Below are positions 57,497-64,000 of a stretch of 64,000 nucleotides of DNA, piece by piece. The notes under the pieces are model-generated. The model did not search any database. It had not been told where the DNA came from and was given only the letters and a program-made list of their open reading frames with translations. The stretch lies in contig OZ038378.1 of assembly GCA_964036045.1 (NCBI GenBank), positions 5,084,001-5,148,000 on the forward strand. Direction: 5' to 3'. The translations under genes and the position numbers were made by a program. Source of the stretch: Eutreptiella sp. 'Long Island Sound 2002' (lineage: Eukaryota; Protista; Euglenida). Numbering within the stretch: the first letter of the stretch is position 1; every line of letters starts with the position of its first letter.

Positions 57497-60400
57497 TGAG
57501 AACTGTGAAACAAGAAGGAGCAAGAAAAGTGGTTGAAAAAGTCCTCAGGAGCTGCAGGGCAGCCCGATATGCCTTTCATTCTGTCAAAGAGTTGAGAGGG
57601 TGTGCAGATAGTCCTCATAGCTACGTCATGAATGCATCAGGTTCAGGTCAACACCCTCCCAGCAGAGCTAATTCATCTCCAGGTGTTTATTGCCTACCAA
57701 GATGGTTTGTACCAATGTTGGGTGCAATCACCCAACCACACACACACAGCCCCGATCAGGGGCAGCTTGCAAAAAAAAAAAGCCATGGGCCTACCTGAGC
57801 TTGCAGCAGATTGAAGTTGCAGCAGTAGCTTGTAAAAACCCTCCGCCCAAAAACATTCGGGAATCAGAACATTACTATGCCAGCCTCCCTCCCATTTGAC
57901 ATTGTTGCGCAACCAATGGACCAAGTGTGCAGTAACGCACTGCTGATTGCAGGGTATCAGCAGATTAGTGGGCTATTTCATACATTGTGCATGTGGACAC
58001 TGCTGCGTGTATGGACAGTGTTGTTGATCTCCTTTATAAGTGCCGCAAAAGAGTACTACCCTTGTATTTTTATGGGCAATCACTGCCTATTTACCGTGGC
58101 TCACATCTTGGGGGTGGGGGGGGGCAGATCCTTTCAATGTTGTTGTGGGTACAAAATGCATTTTCTAGTGATTACTCTATGGGCGTGGAGGAGGGAGATG
58201 TGGAAGAGGGAGAAGTGGCACAACTCAAAATCGAGGAAAGGCGGCTAAGGGACTCTTTGGCAGTGATGAGGACAAGTGAGCGGCAGCTAAGAGAGAAATG
58301 CGACGCAAAGGTAAAGGGTGATGTTCTTCAGACCATGCACAAAGCTGTGTGTTGCAATGCCTAGTTAGCCTGCCATGTAGCCCAACGGTTGACAGCCAGA
58401 CCACACACCTTGCCCACTGTCAAATGGAGGCCCATCACCAAAAAGGATGTTGCAAGCCCCACAAAATGGGAAGTCGTTGGTTGTGCACTCACCAAGGAAG
58501 GAGAGGGTGGCCCATGCTATCCACACAGCGCTAATAAACTCCCTTGATACACCCACATACATACACACACACACATAGGGCTGGGCACAGAGGAACCTCC
58601 TCACTCACATAGTGGATTAATCATACGCCCTCCTGCTCGGCCGCTTGCAGTCCCACATCATACCCTGGCACCTAGGAATCCCCCAAGCCACTATACAAGG
58701 GGTGCATAGAGGAGCCACTGCTGCCCTCCCCTACCTAAAGTACAGTATTTGGCCTACCAACAACACTCAAGGGCGCTGATGATGGGCCCAGCAATCATGT
58801 GGGCACACCACACCATTGTCGTCTTGGAGTGGGGAGAAGACTGGTCTATTAAAGGGATCCTTGAGGACCAACATACAATCTTCCAAGGTTTTGTGAATGG
58901 GTATTCCCAACAAGAAGTTGTAACATTGCTCCACGGCCAACCTGCTCCCTCCCGCACAGGCAATAGACCAGCACATGGGACACTCATTCACACGCCTCCA
59001 TGGGCCATCGCTATCCCCCACACGCGGGGACTCGGGCAACGGCACTGGGCACGACCCATCACCACCCTGCACACCCTTCCACGGGCCATCGCTATCCCCC
59101 ACACGGGGGTACTCAGGTGTAACCGCCGCTTGAGGGGATCAATGGTCGGTATCAATCATTCAGTCGATCGATACCAGATCGATACCACCGCTGGAGGGGG
59201 GAGGGGGGGGCTCACAGCCCCCCACAGCCCTTCATGGACCGTCCCTATTCGTGTGGGGGGACTCAGGTGTAACCGGCGCTGGGGGGACCCTGCACCAATC
59301 TCCGCACCCCTCGGCGTGCCATCCCGATGACACATCACAGCAGCACAAAGGAGAGGAAGGAAAGAAGCAACAGAGGCACAGAGGGAGGCAAGAGAGGGCA
59401 AGTCAGGCAGATGGGCTGGCAGAGCAAGAGGTAGAGGACCAAGAGCAGCAGAAGTGGGTATGGAACACAGATAGAGAGAGGGAGAGGAGATGAGACTATC
59501 CGTTCAGCAAAGCACTGTATGCACCTCTGTCCGTGTTGCAATTCTGCAGGGCTACACAACACAAGGCTCTGGCAGTTTCCATCAGGTCCAGTTCTGTTGC
59601 CTCCAAGGCACACCACCCCAGCCGCATCCAGAGCCGGTCACCCCATTCAACACTCTACACCCCCTTTCCTCCAGCGCATCGAAGCAGCAGATCAGGAAAA
59701 ACAGGGCAAAATGGAAGAAGGCACAAATGTGTCCGGGAATGGCACAGGCACAGTGACGAGACGGCAATGCCACACAGGGGCCAAGAAGTTCAAAACTCCA
59801 GACAGTCATCAAACTGCTTCCATTGCCTCGACTGCACCTCCCTCTGCCAATTTTCAGGGGCTCCAGCAACCCCCCCTTCCCCCCCTGTGAGCTCAGCACG
59901 TTGCTGGGACAAAGGCGACCGCAGCCACACACGGCTGCAGCGGGAGGCAGGGGCGGGGGGCAGATCATTCCTTGTAATGGACACCACAACACATCAGGGA
60001 GGCCTTGCAAGCCTCCCTGACGTCCCTTGCCGCCCGTCCTGTGCCCTCTGCCCCCCCCTCCCCGCATCAGGAGGCAGCTAATGCACAAATGCACACACAA
60101 CATCCGGTGGGCACCCCCGGTACACATACAACCAATGAACATCAGGTCCCACTGTTGAGGCCGACAGACAAACAGTGTGCACACATCCACATCACCACTG
60201 ACACTGGCGCTGGGAGAGAGAGCAGGGGCTACGGCGACTGATCAATAGCCCGGTTAATGGGGCAAGGCTTGTCCGTTCCCTTCCGTGTTTCCAAGGCGCA
60301 TGCTCCTGGTGTTGTCCGCAGATGGACACTCGTCCCCTCAAGAGTGCACTTTGTAGGCCCCCCATGTCATCTCAGCGCCGAAAGTTGTTGTTTGGAGGAG

Positions 60401-60633
60401 TCCAACAAAACGGCCAAGTCTTGAGCCAAGGGATTTGCATGCGACTCCCGACTCAACACGAATCCGGGGGGCTGTGTGCCTTTGACACAGACACCATCAC
60501 CATCAGTGCCATGGACGCCAAGGGTCAGTCATGAAAGAATGTCAAGTGGGCCTCTTTGAATGGGAGGATTCCAAAACAGGGCTCCATTGCCCCTCCTCCA
60601 TGCATCCAACACCCGGGCACCTGCAGAGCACAC

Positions 60634-60922
60634 CTGATTGCGGTAGCTTTCGATGTCGCCCTTGAGCATCTCATTCTGCTCCGCCAAGATCTTGAAATTG
60701 TAGTTCTCGGAAATGTTGCCCTCCAACTTCACAATCGTGGCTTTGTAGCCCTCAATCTCGTTCATCAGAGACTGAATCTCCGCCTTGTAGGTATTGCCTC
60801 TCTCCCAGGTCTCCTTGTCCTTGCGCAGAGTCTCTTCCTTCTGTTGCGCCATCTGCATCTGGGCATCGCTGGCCACCTGCTCCATCTTCATGCGATTCTC
60901 TTCCTCGGCCAGCAGCTGTTGC
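60634..60922 (-). CDS. Coiled-coil protein exon (RQQLLAEEENR...ESYRNQ)
   Basis: CCGCAG| acceptor, CAG|GT donor; 289 nt; phases match both neighbours. Confidence 0.88.
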
Positions 60923-62094
60923 CTGCGGTGGAGGCGTGTTCGCGGCCACAATGGAATCAGGCGGTACATGACCTGATGTTCACGGCTTAAGATCACTGAA
61001 TGCTTTTGACTGCAAATTGGTTTCACCTCGTGCAAATATTTTGTACTTGGGAAACCTCCAGGATCTCTACCGAATACTCAAGCAGGGAAGCACGACGCCA
61101 CAATCAATTCAAACCCAGTCTATTCGAACCTGTTTCGGGCAAATCGCCCCTCCTCAGCTGTGGAGTACACAAGGGGACACATTGTTCCAGACCAACAGCA
61201 CCAAGTGAATCAAATGTAGTACACAATATCAAATCGCCACAGAGCCAACAAAAAGTAGAAACAATAAATCGCGAAAACGAGCTATCCCTTAGAGTGCGTG
61301 TGCGCCACTCGTGGAAAAGCCTCCCCTAATTGGGCAAGGGCTGTAGAGTGGCAAGCAACTTAGTGTATGGCAGGAAATTAATATTGTTCAAGAATCCACG
61401 GACAACTCTGTTGTAGTCTGTAGACACTGCGTGCTACAAGTAGACACGGCCTGCTAATTGCAGACAATGTATGCACAGACAAACAACGAATGTGCATACG
61501 CGTGAATACGCGACGCATACGCGACAAACGTGTGTATGCGCATACGTGCTCAACCAGCCTCAGCTGTTTGCAACATCAGCCAAGGATTTACACGCCGTGC
61601 CCCATCACACTCGGCCACTAGGGATTCCAGCGGGAGGAGGAGGAGGAGGAGGAGGAGGAGGATGTGCAGTGGCACCACATTCGGGGTGAGGATCATGTAG
61701 CGTCAGAAACACCCACTATGGCCACATGCTCTGCGCTTGAGGTGCCACTCCCTTCATCAGCCCTTCCTACATCCAACTGCCAGGGAGGTCGGTGGTCCCC
61801 AAGCCCCAAAACTCGGGGGGGGGGGGGGCATGCGCTGATGATGGAAAAGATGGTGGGGAAATGCGAAAATCCCATATTTTCGCGTTTTCTCCATTTGGCC
61901 CCTGCAATTGTGCTTATTTTTGTCACCCCCCCACCCCTTCCCCACCGAAAGCCACTGGGCCATGAAGGCCCAAATATTCTTGTCCACCCTTTGACACAAA
62001 TTTCAGCAGAACCTACAAGATGTGAACAAGGTGCGAGATTATACGTGGACCGCATGATTCCGGCCCCCCAGCCTGACGGTGCAACCAGCCATAC

Positions 62095-62312
62095 CTAGAA
62101 ATCTCCATGCTCTGTTGGTACCCCTTCTTCATAGTCTCCATTGTGGACATCAACTCCACTTCACGGTGCTCCTTATCACGTGTCTTCGCATCCAGCTCTT
62201 GTTGCGTGAGGTCCAGTTTGTGGCGGTAGTTCTCCTTCTCAGAGTTCAACTGAATGGTCTTCTCCACGTACTCCTTGTCCTTTTTCTCGTGCAGGGCATT
62301 CAGCTGTACCAC
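62095..62312 (-). CDS. Coiled-coil protein exon (VVQLNALHEKK...QSMEIS)
   Basis: CTGCAG| acceptor, AG|GTATGG donor; 218 nt. Confidence 0.88.
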
Positions 62313-62619
62313 CTGCAGCCCATTGCACGTGTGCATGCGCCCACCACCTGCAAAACACCATTCCTTCCCTGGCCAGCCCGACCCCTCCGCCTCAGCCAGC
62401 CCCTCAAAAGAGCGCCCAAAACGGCAACAAACTAAATGGTACATGGGGCCACCCAATAAATAGCTTCCGATGCAGAGATACTGCGGTTCCAAATGCCGGC
62501 AGTCGAGATTTGGTTTGTGTTAAGGGGATGGATCGGGTCACAAAAGTTGGTTGGGCACCATGCAGTACAATCGGTGCCATGCTTTTTGGACCTACTTGTT
62601 GATCGAACTCAGTCGTGCG

Positions 62620-62644
62620 TGCGTGTGTCTGTCTGTCTGTGTGT

Positions 62645-62692
<48 letters not shown>
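62620..62692. repeat. (TG)n microsatellite
   Basis: Direct reading. Confidence 0.95.
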
Positions 62693-62697
<5 letters not shown>

Positions 62698-62893
62698 GTT
62701 CTGGGCAATGTGTCAAACCCCAAAGTCAACTCCTTAGGCTATGGTGCGCGAATAGGCCCAAAAGGCGCGGGGGGGGGGGGGGGCTTGAGGCGGTTTCCAT
62801 TTTCGCAGGCCCCCTGCGGAGGTGACTTGGCGACTTTGAATCGAGAGATGTGTGAGCTGCCTGCTGCACTTGCCTCAGTCCGTCCGCACACAC

Positions 62894-63010
62894 CTGCCGC
62901 ACTAAGGACTCATTCTCGGATTTCATTCTGGTGAGCTGTTCAAAGAACTGCTTTTCACGGTGCTCTGCCTGAGCCTTGTCTGCATTGCTCTTGGTCTTCA
63001 TGGAATCCAT
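62894..63010 (-). CDS. Coiled-coil protein, most 5' exon seen (MDSMKTKSNAD...SLVRQ)
   Basis: TCCAG|ATG acceptor, CAG|GT donor; 117 nt. May be internal, with further exons beyond the window. Confidence 0.82.
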
Positions 63011-63229
63011 CTGGACACAGCGTTGTGCGCAAGCGATGGCCGGGCAGTGCACAGCAGAGGGCAGCGGGAAAGAGGCACAGCAGTGGGAAGGGGAGGATCG
63101 CAGGGCACGGCATACGTCTTCTGTTCATCGCAGACAAACACCAACACATGATCCCAACGAGCTCCGTTGCCCAACTCTGACCACCCCCCGCTGGGCCTAA
63201 TTGACTGAACTGCCTCAAGGCGCTACCCA

Positions 63230-63900
63230 GGCTTGGATGAAGGACAGCCGCCCCACCCGTTCAAAGAGCAGGAAAAGGCCTGCCAAGTGCGGAGACAGGG
63301 TTCAGGGCTTTTTGGACAAACCACTGCCACGCCGTGCCCTGGAACACATGGACCGCCACACCACCACCACCGAACCAAAACGAGGGATGTCTGCCAGGCT
63401 TCATTGACGTGGGAAAGGAAACGGGCTGTCTGGGGCCAGTGCCAAGCAACACAGTCCGGTGGATCTGGAGGGAACTACACTCAAAGGGCATCACAAAACC
63501 GTCAGCCAGCCAACATGCACAGCATCAGCCCGCAGACGTTGCCAAACCGGACGTAAATCAACCTCCAAAACGCACTTTGGACGTGGCTACAGGAGCGAGC
63601 CATGGGTTGTACTCCACTTGGGACGCTACTACAGTACCAAGCCATGCATGCAACTCCCCTTTGGATGGTCGTAGCAATGGGACCAGCGAACATTCCAGAG
63701 TGTAGTTCAGCGGTATCGTTGCTGTTCACGTCGTCCAGGGACGCGCCTGGCCAAAGAGCACCAGCATCGGGCAGTGTGCCCACAACTTTCAGTCCTTGTA
63801 CCGCTGTTTGGACACAGCGTGGGGGGGGATATCCGCTGTGAGGTCCGCCTGATATGTCATGATACACGTTGGAGGAGATGCTTCAACCGAATCCCGCACC
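63230..63900 (+). pseudogene. Degraded reverse-transcriptase fragment (DIRS/TATE-type)
   Basis: MQLPFGWS motif at ~63647-63672 within broken ORFs; no intact YxDD seen. Confidence 0.35.
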
Positions 63901-64000
63901 AGAAACTGCATCGATTGGGATCCGGATTTCCGGATTTCCGGATTTCCGGAGGGACGTTGTTCGACCAAAGCGACACGACAATCTCCCCAGGAGGTCTCCC

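Noticed and set aside
57987-58364. Plus-strand E/R-rich coiled-coil-like ORF
   Set aside because: Antisense within an intron of the coiled-coil gene, short and without context; probably a TE fragment.

Overview
Eukaryotic genomic DNA, not prokaryotic: repeat-dense, with many poly-G/poly-C tracts and long GT-AG introns. A euglenozoan (euglenid-like) host is an inference from the retroelement architecture and from splice acceptors just upstream of start codons. Four host genes are reconstructable, all on the minus strand: (1) a 4-exon, 315-aa aldo/keto reductase with a signal peptide (21812->13310); (2) a single-exon, 268-aa secreted protein with three Cys-closed Trp/Arg-rich modules and a (Ser-Pro)n tail (36987->36181); (3) a 3-exon, 436-aa exostosin/GT47-like protein (51833->47363); (4) at least 4 exons of a coiled-coil protein (63010->56671). 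The rest is nested transposon debris. The largest piece is a degenerate tyrosine-recombinase retrotransposon in gag-YR-RT-RNaseH order (VIPER/TATE-like, ~22740-27533); its RT/RNaseH blocks appear circularly permuted and its gag is interrupted by a PIF/Harbinger derivative with a TAA target-site duplication (TSD). Also present: an older gag-YR relic, Harbinger, hAT and Sola-like transposase relics, several MITEs with TIRs/TSDs, a tRNA-Lys-like pseudogene, minisatellites and a long foldback palindrome. No CRISPR array, rRNA or intact tRNA was found. All protein-family calls are motif recognition by eye; no database searches were run.
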